Below, one piece after another: positions 1 to 12,765 of a DNA stretch of 64,000 bases. Source of the DNA: Octopus sinensis (taxonomy: Eukaryota). The notes beneath the pieces were generated by a model, which was not told the origin of the DNA, did no database searches, and saw only the letters and a program-made list of their open reading frames with translations. Within the stretch, counting starts at the first letter, position 1. Each line of letters opens with the position of its first letter. Location of the stretch: assembly GCF_006345805.1 (NCBI RefSeq), contig NC_043008.1, positions 37,758,001 through 37,822,000 on the forward strand. The letters are read 5' to 3'. The translations under genes were made by a program, and so were the position numbers.

Positions 1-793
1 ACATACATGCACATATACTTACATACATATATGTACATATGCACAAATCAGTGTGTGTTTGTATGTGCATTCTGTGATATATATATATACTTATATACAT
101 ACATACATACATATACTTATACATACATCTGTGTGTGTATATATGCATGTATTATGTTTTTATATGATATACATACATTATTAGTCATTTTATTAGTTGT
201 AATCCAAAGTTCATTTTGTAGTTTTTTCTTAGATGAGAGTTCTGGAGACAGGAGAAACAAACCTTCAAACATAATAAAATTTATAGTTTTTCACTTCACT
301 GACCCATGTTATTTTATAGGCAGCTTATCTGAATTAAAACCAACATAAAAACTTGGCATTCAGACAAATCCCCAACTTTAAAACCCAGTCTTAAAAGATA
401 AAAGCATGTCACTGCTGACTGGTCTTGGAGACTTTGAATGTTTGTGTGCGTGTCTGTATAAACAAACAAACAAATATTAGTGTGTGTATGTGTGTGTGCA
501 TGTGTAAGTGCGTGTGTATGTGTAAGTGCGTGTGTATGAGTGTGTGTAGTGTAAGTCCATGGGTGTGAGAGTAGCAAGAAAAATATGTAGAAGAAAATAG
601 AATACATATATAAAAAAACATGATGAGTACCATGACAAAAAGAGCAAATGCTATTTCAATATGTGTGTGCGTATATGTATGAGTATGTATCTATCTATAA
701 ATCTGTGTATATATATATATATGTGTGTGTGTATTAATATATATTTGTATATGTATACACACATATATATATATGCATGTATGTATGTGTGTA

Positions 794-848
<55 letters not shown>

Positions 849-1875
849 ATATATACATGTATATATATATATATTGAGAGAGAGAGAGAGAGATACATAG
901 ATAGATAGATATAGAAATAGGTATATACATACTTTCACACACGCACACACACACACTTATATATATACACATACATGCATATACAAACATACACACATAC
1001 ATGTATATACATATGTATGTGTATATATATATATGTATATATATACATATGTATATATTTATATGTATATAAGTATACATATATATATATATATTAAATA
1101 CATAAATATATGTGTGTGCATATATGTATACATATGTGTATACATATATATAAATATATTGATATATATGTATAAATATAAATAGCTATAGATAGATAAA
1201 TCGATAGATAGATAGATAGTTAGACAGATAAACAGACAGACAAACAGAGACAGATAAAATGGATAGATAGACAGACAGACAGGCACACAGGCAGACAGAC
1301 AGACATGTCTGTACGTCTGCTTTTCTCTTTGTATGTCTGTTTGTGCATCTGTATGTCAGTATGTATATATGTATGTATCAATACACACGCACACAGACAC
1401 ACACACAAGCACATACAGGATATGGAGAAAAACATGTGTGTGCGTGAATATTAGATGCTTAAATGTATGTTTATGTGTATTTATATAAACATTTATTTCA
1501 TTTTTATATTTTGGTAAAAGTTATAAAAACAATATATTCCTTCTCTTTTGTTTATATCAGACCTTTTCTCTTCATGTCGTTCTTCTTAATAAATTCAATA
1601 TTATATTTGTGGAAGAGTTTGTGCTATGTATGAACTATGTGAGTGTAGGTGTACATGCATACATACAAACACACACATATTTTTACATATATATATATAG
1701 ATATATATATCTATACATATATACATATATTCACATATTTGCATATATGTATGCATATATACATGTATATATATATATATGTATATACATGTATATATAT
1801 GCATATATACACACATATATATATATGCATGTATGTATGTGTGTATATCTATCTATCTATCTATATATATACATG

Positions 1876-1916
<41 letters not shown>

Positions 1917-2215
1917 ATTTATATAATATGCATATATTTATGCATATATATATATATATATATACATATACACACATACATATATTCGTATATGTTCACA
2001 CATACTCGGGCAAACGCACATACATGCACACGTGCATGTATCATCTATGGCACCTTTCACATATATACGTACATGTGGGGTGTTTATATGTGCGTACACA
2101 TGTATTTATAGTTTAATGTGCTGGTACATGTGTATTTGACAATTCAGAAGTATTAATACGCGTACATACATTCAATCACACACATACACATTTATACACA
2201 CACACACACACACAT
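1..2215. repeat. Compound microsatellite field ((TA)n, (CA)n, (TATG)n, (TCTA)n, (GACA)n)
   Basis: Near-continuous di/tetranucleotide runs. The block around 750-870 is echoed at about 1805-1890. Confidence 0.95.
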
Positions 2216-2959
2216 GGACATACTTGCACAAATCATATTTTTGTTATCATTTGTCAAATTGTTGATTTATCCTTTCTGATATTTTTGTTCTTCTGTTTTT
2301 TTTCTTTCATATATATAATAATGTTATTTAACCATCTTACCTAAAGAAAGGAATGTTTTGTGTCAGCAATGGATAAAATTGACTGGTTTCTGAAGATTTT
2401 CTTGATCAAATATTGACAGCTATTTTTCTTTTTTCATTTCTTTTTTTTTTTTTTCATTTTGAGGAAATCGTAACTTTGAAAATTAATTTTTAAAGAAACC
2501 ATACTTTTTCTTAATTTCTTGCATTATGGCTATTATTAAAGTAACATCTAATGGACTGATTCTATAGCATATTGTACAATGAACTGAGGTAGGGTGAGAG
2601 CCAGCAATTTATATGTCAAAACCTTTCCACTTAACCTTTCCACTCTGATAAGTCAGTAGTGGTGTCCTCTATCTTAAGCCAAGAGGGCTGGCAGCTCTCA
2701 AGACTCTTCACAGGCCACCAAAACAGCAGAATAGAGAAAGCAAGGCATCTTCAAATTAGAGACTCGATGCAATTGCTTGAAACAGAGGGGCCTCTGTTGC
2801 AGGCATGCAAAGTACTTGGTGGTTGCGGTGTAAAACTTGCTGCCAGATGAACCCTACCATTTATGGAAGGATTTGAATTCAGAATGCATAAGGCAAAAAC
2901 CAATACTGTCAGGAATTTGGTTTGCCATTCTTAAAGTCTGCTCGCTTGACCTCTCTGAA

Positions 2960-3233
2960 TTGGTCCGTATGGTATTATATATTTTGTCTGGAAAGATAAA
3001 AGGCAAAGTTCTCCCAATTGGAATTTGAACTCAGACCACAGCAGTTCAAAACAAATGATCTAAGTACATTATTTACATTATTTACATTTGACAGATATTT
3101 GTCCTCATCTTGTTTGTTGCTAATACAACGTTTTGGCTGATATACCCTCCAGCCTTCTTTAGGTCTCTTAGGGAAGTTTCAAACCTGTGTTCTCATTCCT
3201 AAGGCATTTTTCGATGTTATTATTGTTGTTGTT

Positions 3234-3266
<33 letters not shown>

Positions 3267-3535
3267 ATTATTATTATCATTATTCAGGTCACTGCCTGGA
3301 ATCGAACTCGGAATACCTTAGGAATGAGAACCCAGGTTCGAAACTTCCCCAAGATGAGGGCTGGAGGGTGTAACAGCCGAAACGTTGCGTTAACAACAAA
3401 CAAGCTGAGGACAAATATCCGTCAAGTGTAAATAATGTAAATAATGTAAATAATGTACATAATTCCTCATCTCTTAAATATAGAACTGAAATAATCTAAG
3501 GTATTTTGGTTGATGCACTAAGACCTCTGCCAATT
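2960..3535 (-). mobile_element. Decayed tRNA-headed SINE (family A), split by the insertion at 3065-3488
   Basis: AAAGGCAAAGT..GGAATTTGAACTCAG matches family A copies such as 17787-18024. The SINE resumes after 3488. Flanking duplication AAATGATCTAAG (3053-3064) / AAATAATCTAAG (3489-3500). Confidence 0.7.
3065..3488. mobile_element. Penelope-like inverted-repeat insertion with decayed hammerhead motifs
   Basis: Arms about 3065-3205 and 3315-3460 are reverse complements. Each carries GGCTG-10nt-CAGCC followed by (G/A)AAACGTT. 12-bp TSD with 1 mismatch. Penelope assignment is inferred from architecture; no ORF is present. Confidence 0.7.
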
Positions 3536-3924
3536 TACCTATATCTATCTGAGGATGCCTATGCTTTTGTGACCTTGTCTCTGTATCCCTATACCTACAA
3601 CACATGATATTCTCATGTTATTTTTTTTACTCTGACTCACTGCATTATGAGATCAAACCCTACTAAGGTTGACTTTGCCTTTCATCCTTTTAGGATCAAT
3701 AAAATTAAGTAGAAATCCATACGATGGATCAGCAAAATTGTAAGAATGTTGAACCATATACCTAGTGGTCTTTATTTCAGCTCTCTTTGTTCTGAGTAAA
3801 ATTCTGCTATGATGCATAAAAAACACTTGTGCCAGGCTGAAGGCCTACAGGATTGAATAAAAGAAATCCTGGAAACAAAGGTTAGTACCAAATAGAAGGT
3901 ATCAGGCATAGTTGAGAGAGGGTT

Positions 3925-4135
3925 GCCTCCAGGTGAAGAGGCAGGTGCTATGATGAATAAATGAATGTTGAGATATTGTTTAATAAGCATAGGAAGGGCA
4001 TCCAGCTGTAGAAACTCTGCCAGATCAAGATTGGAGCCTGGTGTAATCATCTGGTTCGCCAATCCTCAGTCAAATCGTCCAACCCATGCTAGCATGGACG
4101 GCGGATGTTAAACAATGATCATCATCATCATTATC
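3925..4135 (-). mobile_element. Dispersed repeat with (CAT)n-flanked end (CCATGCTAGCATGGGTTGG family)
   Basis: Reverse complement matches 44920-45045. Weaker relatives at about 8835-9030, 36130-36330 and 38255-38450. Confidence 0.65.
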
Positions 4136-4727
4136 TTGTGGTCAATGGGTAAAACTAATACAAAAAAATATGGGCTATTACCAATGGAATGTACTAGATC
4201 CAATTTGCAATGACCCTTAATAGGGTGTGTAGTTAATTATCAGTCTACTGAGCCAAGGAAGGAATAGTATTAAACATCAATAATAACAACAGCTTTGTGG
4301 GTGTATCAAAGCCACTTAACTCACAACAGCTCCATTAACATACCAATCAACTGGGTACCTTAATGCAAAATGAGTTCTCAGCTTCAGGACTAATATTTCA
4401 TCAGTTTTTAGTGATGATTTCACATCTTGTCAATGTAGTTTGAAGAAAAATGAAAGAGCTCTAAGAAGACTGTAATGATTGATGTTCTTGTTGGTTTTTA
4501 AATGCAGATTCAGTTATTGTTTAATATAATTTGGCATTTGCTTACATTCTCCATAATTTTGTTGTCTTTTATAATAACATGCATCAGTAAAAGTCCCATT
4601 TTCCCTAACATAGCTTTATGGCAATGGTACATTTTGAGAAAATGGTAACATAAACTCTTCTGTTTGTAGGATTGTGAGTATAGACTTGCCGTGGTACTTC
4701 ATTTTCGGCATATTATTTTATTTTGCT

Positions 4728-5483
4728 TGCACACACACACACACACATACCCACGTAAATACATACACATACATACATGCATATATAAATATATATATAT
4801 GTGTGTGTATATATATAGATATATATATGTATGTGTGTGTATATATATATAAATATATATAAATATATATATATACATACACATACACACACATATACAT
4901 TATGCACACATACAGACAAATATGTATTCATGTGTATATATATATATATCATCATCATGATATATATATATATATATATACACATAATGCATACACACAT
5001 ATATGTATTCAAATATATATATATATATATATAAACACATACATACAAATATGCATGTATTTATGTAATATTAAATGTTCAAATTCTTACATATCTTTGT
5101 TTTGTAGACTTGTCATAATTCTCAAAGGAATGGATGGTGATTATGTAACCTGTTTAAGAAGCAAACATATTTATGTAAGAATCTGAACTTTTAATATTGT
5201 CTTTGACTCTTCTTGATTTATATATTTGTTATTGATTTTTTTTTTATTGTGTACAAGAGTTTAGAAACACTTACATATCCAAATATGCATAAATATAGAT
5301 ATATATGAAATATAAGTAGACATGCCTACATGTATATATAAAGATAATACAAACTGACATGAACACAAACACACCACACACACATATATATATATATATA
5401 CAAACACACATATACATATATATACATATGTACATACATATATTTATGTATACAGATTTATGTGTGCATGCTTATACGTATAC

Positions 5484-5517
<34 letters not shown>

Positions 5518-5535
5518 GTGTGTATGTATGTATGA
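4728..5535. repeat. (CA)n/(TA)n microsatellite blocks
   Basis: Directly visible runs interrupted by short unique spacers. Confidence 0.9.
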
Positions 5536-6670
5536 GAAAAAAGAGTTTACTGTGCAACATACAAAAGACAAAACCAAACAAATTTACAGAAGAGGAAGAT
5601 AATATAAAAACTTAACAATAATAATTAACTATTTAAAGTATAAGGTTAAGTGAAATATCTTTCAATAAGATTTTACACAGAAGGAAGCAAAAAAAAAAAA
5701 AAAAAAATGAAGACAAGCATAAACCAATAGACTTTATAGAACAGGATGATATAATAGGATATAAACAAAGCATTTTCCTTCATCAGCTATTAATTGAACC
5801 TTCACTATGGTTTCAGCCCCTTTCTGATGGAACTGCTTGACTTTGCAGTGTTTGGTGGCTGTAATTGGAGCTTTCAGGGATACATATTAAAGAAAAAGAC
5901 ATTTAAAGAAATGAAACAAAAATGAAGGAGACATGGATGAGATCAACAAGAAATGTATAAAGTCAAAGTCTTTGAGATAAGAGTGTACCAAGGCAACTCT
6001 AAGAGAAAACACAGTACAGTCTTCTGGCCAAAGTAAAATTAGAAAATAACAAGGTGAAGAAGAACTCACCTGATCAGTGTGATGGTCAGAGATGGAAGTG
6101 GAGTTGCACACGTGTTCTTTTTCTTCTCAGCTAATGAGGAGCTTTGCACAGTCTGACCAGCCCATTGTTTTGATCTTCCACAGTATCATGGACTTTAATG
6201 TGCCCCTTAATCCCTGAAACACATTTCCATAATTGGCAAAGTCAGACAGATAGAAAGAAACAGGAAAGAGAAGCTGGTTTACAGATAAAAGCTGCAGCAA
6301 AAAGAAACAAAAAGCAGAGACAAAAAGCAAGAGAGTGGATGAGAGAGAAAAGGTGAGAGGGAGAAACAAAATAAATAAGGTCAGTGTGATGTAAGGTCAC
6401 AGGTAGCAAGACAAGTTCATATTGTAAGAGAAGGAGGCTGCATTATGTTAGTGGTGAGATATATCAGGAAAACGTGTGCACTGTGCTATGGGTAAAATGA
6501 TGAGACCAGACATGAACTTGTAAATTTAGGACATAGGATGATAACAGACCCTTTTACTTGATGAAGCATAACAGGGAGAGGAGATTCTCTTTTGACAACA
6601 GCTTATATAAAAAGAAAACAAATAGATCAAAGAACACGATTATAAATAGCAAAATTACACACATACATAC

Positions 6671-6742
<72 letters not shown>

Positions 6743-6743
<1 letters not shown>

Positions 6744-6955
6744 TTTATTTAAAAGAAGGCAGAAAATTCAACAAAACCTGTTACTCAGAGTTTCACGTTC
6801 CCGTTCGTACTGTCCGACGAACGGGAACGTGAAACTCAGAGTAACAGGTTTTGTTGAATTTTCTGCTGCTTTTAAATAAAGCATATTACTCTACCACTGG
6901 TATTTGAGTACTCGTTTTTCCACCTTGTTTCACATTCATGTGTTTACTCCAGTAT
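6743..6955. mobile_element. Penelope-like terminal repeat forming a 65-bp-arm palindrome
   Basis: 6743-6808 is the near-perfect reverse complement of 6817-6881, with an 8-nt spacer ACTGTCCG. The + arm continues to about 6955. Flanked by (TA)n. Confidence 0.75.
6810..6847 (+). ncRNA. Minimal type I hammerhead ribozyme motif (core CCGACGA, U4C variant)
   Basis: Stem I CTGT(6810-13)/ACAG(6844-47); core CCGACGA; stem II ACG-GGAA-CGT; GAAA; stem III ACT-CAG-AGT; predicted GUA cleavage after 6843. Activity untested. Confidence 0.65.
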
Positions 6956-7325
6956 ATATATATGCAAAAAGACATGCCTTAATGCTAATCTTGATGAAGT
7001 GCCACTCCAACATATTCAACTATATGCATTGTATACTTTTTCATACTGAATCAATTATATGCAACATAGTTTGAAAGGAAGGGTACAGAAACACTTGTAA
7101 CAAATATTAAAGTTGTACTATCTTCACTCTTTATTATGTTATATTATATTATTTTATATATATTATATACATATGTATGCATGTATATATACACACACAT
7201 AATATATATATTGATATATATATACACACATACGAATGCACACACACCAACATATACGCATTATACACAGACATATATCTATCTATCTATCTATCATCAT
7301 CTATCTATCTATCTATCTATCTATC

Positions 7326-7379
<54 letters not shown>

Positions 7380-7599
7380 AGCATACGTACATGCTTGCAA
7401 TTCAAATGTCTAACTACAGCGCATTCCCTGTGAATTCCCTGACATGCTAAAAACAGCAGCAAAATTACCCTCAAATTATACCCTGATGTCTTAAAAAAGA
7501 AGGACACAATGCAGTCTCTAATATACAAAACAACATGATTCTCAGGACATTCTTTTCACAGCAGTTCTGCTCAATCAGAGCTGATCCCTGTGACCGCAT

Positions 7600-7795
7600 G
7601 TGTATCGTTGGTGATTTTTTTCCTCCACCTTCACTTCCATGGATCTTTTCTCTTTCTATGTTTCTGACGAAGAGCTCTGCTTGAAATGTTAAATCGTCCT
7701 TCTTTCATTCCTTCCCTGGGCGTCCAATAACACTATATTTGATCTATGTCCTCACGTTGTTGTGTTTTTTCTTTGTGATTTCATGTTTGGATTAA
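7600..7795 (+). mobile_element. Penelope-like terminal fragment with hammerhead motif at 7661-7693
   Basis: TTT-CTGACGA-A-GAGC-TCT-GCTT-GAAA-TGT-T-AAA. The C after GAAA is replaced by T, consistent with CpG decay. Confidence 0.6.
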
Positions 7796-8069
7796 CTTTA
7801 CAAGTACATATATGTATGTACTTGTTAAGATGGAGCTGGTAGTTTGAAACATTTGCTGCTTTTACAAAGCTGGAAGTAGAGACAAAGGCAGAGGCAATGG
7901 GCAGTATGGATTTGTAGTATGTGAGACAGTCATTAAAATCCAATGTTTTCCTTTCTAGAATCACTACATAAATACTAAATCATTAGTAATAACCCAAACA
8001 CTAAATATAATTGTGTCTCAGAGGAGACTTACCATTTAAGCCAACCAATGTCGATATACATATAAATAT

Positions 8070-8132
8070 ATATATATGTATGTATACATATATTTTTACA
8101 TGTATATGTATATATATATATGTATATATATC

Positions 8133-8188
<56 letters not shown>

Positions 8189-8250
8189 TATATACATATT
8201 TCGGAATGGTCATTATGTATATATATTTATATGTATATATATGTATATAT

Positions 8251-8326
<76 letters not shown>

Positions 8327-8330
8327 CTAG
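8070..8330. repeat. (TA)n-dominated microsatellite
   Basis: Direct observation. Confidence 0.95.
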
Positions 8331-8808
8331 CAGGACTAGGTGGGGAAATTCTATATTTTATAAATTTCCACATTTCTGTTTTGGAATCAATGAATTTATA
8401 GATCTTCATAACATTTCTTCATTACATTAAATATTTGGTTTAAGTCTTTGATTTTGTTCCATAGTTACAGTTTTTGTAGTATGTAACACTAGAACTTATT
8501 TCCTTATGTTAAAGATTTCAGTTGTGTCATCCATAGTTAAAAATTCTTCAAACTGTAACAATCTCTACTACTATGCTAAAAGTTCTGATAATGTTTTTGG
8601 TTTCTTTCCATAGATATCGTTATTTAGAGTGTTCCACTTGAACATGTTTCGTTATGCTAAAAGTTTCGGTCTTGTCTTCACTTTCTTACAAATTGCTTAA
8701 AACGTAACACTAGAACTTCATCATGCTAAAAAGTTTCGTTCATCATCATCGTCACCAGCATCATCATCATCATCTTTGTCAATGTCGTTGTCGTAGTTGT
8801 AATCATCC

Positions 8809-8842
<34 letters not shown>

Positions 8843-9409
8843 TCAATGTCCACTTTCCTAAGCATGCAAGAAGTCAGATGGAGTTCCTTAAGATAAGCAT
8901 TCTTCAACTAGATGCCTTTCCTGTCATCAACCCTCACTACTTTTCAAGCACAATAGTATTTCTCCATAGCCGGACATGTTTCTCATGGAAGACTGGAAAC
9001 GAACGACCTTGCTTGTATAGTGATGATGATGATGATGATGCTCATATACAACCATTACATGTCTTAACAACCACATATACACATACTCACATACATATAT
9101 ATATATATACATCATCATCGTCATCATCATCATCAATTAAAGCTTATTTTCAATGCTGGCATGAGGGCTTCTTTCAGTTTCTGTCAACCAAATTCACTCA
9201 CAAGGCTTTGGTTTCTTCTAGGTTATATTAGTAGACATATACTCGAGGTGCTATGCAATGAGACTGAACCTGTGAGCACATCATTACAAGCTACTAGATG
9301 ACACATCTCCACACTTACACATATTTGATTATATTTTCCATAGTTAAGGTTGTTATGAATATAAAATTAAAATGTGAGCATTATGTCAAGCAGAATAATA
9401 TTGCAATAA

Positions 9410-9640
9410 TTCTTATTATTATTAGTATTAGTATTATCATCGTCATCATCATCATCATCATCATTATCATTATTATTATTAATATTATTATTATTATTAT
9501 TATTATTATTGTTATTGTTATTATTATTATTATTATTATTGTTGTTGTTGTTGTTATTATAATAATAATAATAATAATTATTATTATTATTTTATTATTA
9601 TTATTATTATTATTGTTATTATTATTATTATTATTATTTG
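9410..9640. repeat. Compound trinucleotide repeat (CAT/TTA/GTT/AAT)
   Basis: Direct observation; source of the poly-I/N/L ORFs. Confidence 0.95.
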
Positions 9641-10394
9641 ACTTTTTCATTGGACTATTCAAGAGTAAAATGTTGTACCCATTGCCTTTAGCAGTTAATT
9701 GAAAATAAAATAAAGTTTTAATTACAAAGTATTATAATTAAAAATATGTTATTTTAAAAAAAAATCTCCCACTTTTTATTTAAAAACAGATTATTTTCAT
9801 TATTTTTACATCTAGAAACTGCAAATGTGGTGGAGACAAATATCTGAATAAATACTTTACAGTATTTAACCCCTCACTAAATATGCAGAGTTGTAATCCT
9901 GTTCGGATTTCATCTTTCAGCCTTGCAGTGTCAATGAAATAAAAACAAGTTACATACTAGCATTGAATTAACCTAGTGTATATCTGCGTTCAATTTTATT
10001 CAGATGAAATTTATATTTTCACCATTTTTCTATATCTGTAGAAGCTAAATTTGTCTAAGCATATAGTTGGTTGTGCATACTTACTACTGATGATGTGCAA
10101 AGACACAGAAATACGTATTTAGCAATTCCACCACTGCATCCAGTTATTTTTTGCCTGCTACTGATATGCTTCTGAGATCTTTAACACAATATGTTTACAT
10201 GAGATGCTTTCTCAATACAAATATCACAGTATTATTGCTTTTTTACAGGACATCCACGTAAAGTATGATATACAGGTTGCCATTCTAAACTAATACTGCT
10301 TCTATTGTTCATAACAAACCAAAATCTTAAATTTCTGTGCTATTGCAAAAAGAAAAATTTTTAAATCAGGAAAAATTCCCCATTACAGTCACAG

Positions 10395-10560
10395 AGATGG
10401 TTGTGTGGTTAAGGAGTTTGCTTTACAACCAAATGGTTCCAAGTTCAGTCCTGTGTGACACCTTGGACAAGAGTCTTCTACTATAGCCCCAGGCGGACCA
10501 ATGTTCTGCAAGTGAATTTAGCCAATGGAAACTGTGTGGAAACCCAACGTATAAATACCC
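10395..10560 (+). mobile_element. Decayed head of tRNA/CORE-type SINE (family B)
   Basis: GGTTGTGTGGTTAAG..GTTCAGTCC..CACCTTGGACAAGAGTCTTCTACTATAGCC matches 22574 onward. Confidence 0.7.
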
Positions 10561-10719
10561 TGAAATGCTAGTATCTCACAGTCTATGTAAGTGGTGCTGT
10601 GAACTGATCTAGGTACATACACAACAAGCGAGATATATTCTCTGTTACAAAATGCAACAAGTAGCTTGTTCCCCAGTTTGAACGAGCATCAAGCATATTT
10701 GGACCAGTAATAACATTGC

Positions 10720-11080
10720 AATATATGTGTGTATGTGTGTATTTGTGCTTGTATTTGTGTGTGTGTATGCCTGTGTGTGTATGCTTGTGAGTGTATGTGC
10801 GTGCACCTGTGAGTGCGTGTGTGTGCATGTGTGTGTGCTTGTGAGTGTGTGTCTGTATGTGTGTGCATGTGTGTGTGAGTGTGTACTTGTGAATGTGTGC
10901 ATGTGTGTGTGCTTTTAAGTGTGTGCATGTGTGTGCATGTGTGTGTGTGTGCACTTGTGAGTGTATGTCTGTATGTGTGTGCTTGTGAATGTGTGTGTAT
11001 ATGTGTGCATGTGTGTGTCTGTTTGTTAGTATGCACATGTGTGCGCTTGTGAGTGCGTGCTTGTGTGTGTGTGTGTGACT
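10720..11080. repeat. Degenerate GT-rich repeat with recurring GCTTGTGAGTG motif
   Basis: (GT)n punctuated repeatedly by GCTTGTGAGT/GCATGT. Confidence 0.8.
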
Positions 11081-11669
11081 CCCCACCACTAGACAACCAG
11101 AGTTGGCAAAATACACAAACAGGATAAGTACTGGGGTTCAGGGAAGTCTTAAGAGCCCTAAAGGCCCCACCCAGGCCAGTGGGCTCTATAGTACTTATTT
11201 ATTGACAGTCAGCTTTGGCAGACGTAGATTAGCATTGAGCCCCTAGACTCATGAGGACCCTAGTGTGCCTATGCCTTCAGACTCTGCTGGAGTTGATTTG
11301 CTCAGTTAAACCCTTCAAAGTGGTCCCTCAGCATGACCACAGTTAAATGACAGAAATGATTAAATGATAAGAAGTAAAAGATATAATCATTTGCTATTTC
11401 GGTTTATATTTTTCCTTACTAGAATGTTATGTCTGTGGTGTCTTCCACAATTATAATGTGTGGCCACTGTTGTGGCTGTAGCTGTTCTATCTTTTCCAGT
11501 AGCTACGATATTTTCTTGGCATCAGATATGGTGTATCTCTTCTATACTGGAATGGTAATACACTGCTTTGTCTATCATACTATCACTGTTAGCTCTGCAA
11601 GACACTGAATTTGAACCGTCTACCTTGACTGTGACTTGAACTCGACTATAAAACATAAGTAAATAAAAA

Positions 11670-11916
11670 TAAATGCGCTGTTTTAAAGCCTAGCCAGGCT
11701 CATGGGCCTGGCTTCCCGGTTTCTATGGCATATGTGTTCCCCAGCTGGATGGGATGCCAGTCCATCGCAGCGTTACTCATTTTTGCCAGCTGAGTAGACC
11801 GGAGCAATGTGAAATGAAGTGCTTTGCTCAAGAACACAACACGTCACCTGGTCCAGGAATCAAAACCACAATCTTACGATCATGATGCTGACACCCTAAC
11901 CACTAAGCCACGCACC
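11670..11916 (-). mobile_element. tRNA-headed SINE (family D), copy 1 of head-to-tail dimer
   Basis: Reverse complement begins GGTGCGTGGCTTAGTGGTTAGGGTGTCAGC (A-box-like) and has a B-box-like GGTTTTGATTCC. Confidence 0.85.
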
Positions 11917-11921
11917 TATAC

Positions 11922-12177
11922 AAATAAATGCACCCTTTTTAAAGCCTAGCCAGGCTAATGGGCCTGGTTTCCTGGTTTCTATGACATATGTGTTCCCCAG
12001 CTAGATGGGACACCAGTCCATCGCAGCGTTACTCATTTTTGCCAGCTGAGTGAACTGGAGCAACGTGAAATGAAGTGTTTTGCTCAAGAACACAACACGT
12101 CGCCCAGTTTAGGAATCGAAACCACAATCTTACGATCATGATGCTGACACACTAACCACTAAGCCATGCACCTCCAC
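11922..12177 (-). mobile_element. tRNA-headed SINE (family D), copy 2 of dimer
   Basis: Roughly 90% similar by eye to 11670-11916; head GTGGAGGTGCATGGCTTAGTGGTTAG. Confidence 0.85.
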
Positions 12178-12564
12178 ACTATAACACATAATTGACACTT
12201 AACTCCAACTAAGAACTCATACAATGACTCTACAAGGACTGATACAACTCCCTGTACAGGTTGATGTCGTCTCATTTTATAGTGGCTGGGTCATACCAGT
12301 TGTCCCATAGGAGGGGTGTACCATTTCCACTATAACATAGATTTTGTTGTAATTCCACTTCCAGTTAATAATGTAGCTTATAATTGTCAATATGTCTTTG
12401 ACTTAAATCAGATACAGTGATACGAACTCTAATGGTTAAGTTCTGTTCCTTACTTGATCCACTTGCTACCAATTCCATGAAGCTGGCCCTTGTTTTATGA
12501 TAAAAACTTCTTGCTTTAAACTCATTAAAATTTATCATCCAAATTTCCATCTTAGTAATGGTTT

Positions 12565-12765
12565 CAAATTTTGGCTCAAGGCCAGCAATTATGGGGGAGG
12601 GGTTAGTAAATTACATGGACCCCAGCGCACAATCGGTGCTTATTTTGTTGACCACAAGAAGATGCAAGGCTGAGTCAACCTCAGCAGAATTTGAGCTCAA
12701 AACATGAACATGGTGGTAAGCATTTCGTCTGGCACAGGAGTGATTCTACCAGCTTAATGCCTTAT
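12565..12765 (-). mobile_element. Decayed SINE family A
   Basis: Matches family A body and its AAATTTTGG..CAAGGCCAGCAA tail. Confidence 0.7.

Noticed and set aside
4670-5174. Plus-strand exon candidates 4670-4693 (DCEYRLAV) and 5108-5174 (LVIILKGMDGDYVTCLRSKHIY)
   Set aside because: Splice-like signals are present, but peptides are unrecognisable and such sites are frequent by chance in AT-rich DNA; needs RNA-seq.
7822-10171. Minus-strand exon candidates 7822-7954 (RKTLDFNDCLTYYKSILP...) and 10085-10171 (KHISSRQKITGCSGG...)
   Set aside because: Open frames with GT/AG ends, but weak polypyrimidine tracts, no recognisable homology and no chain to a gene model.
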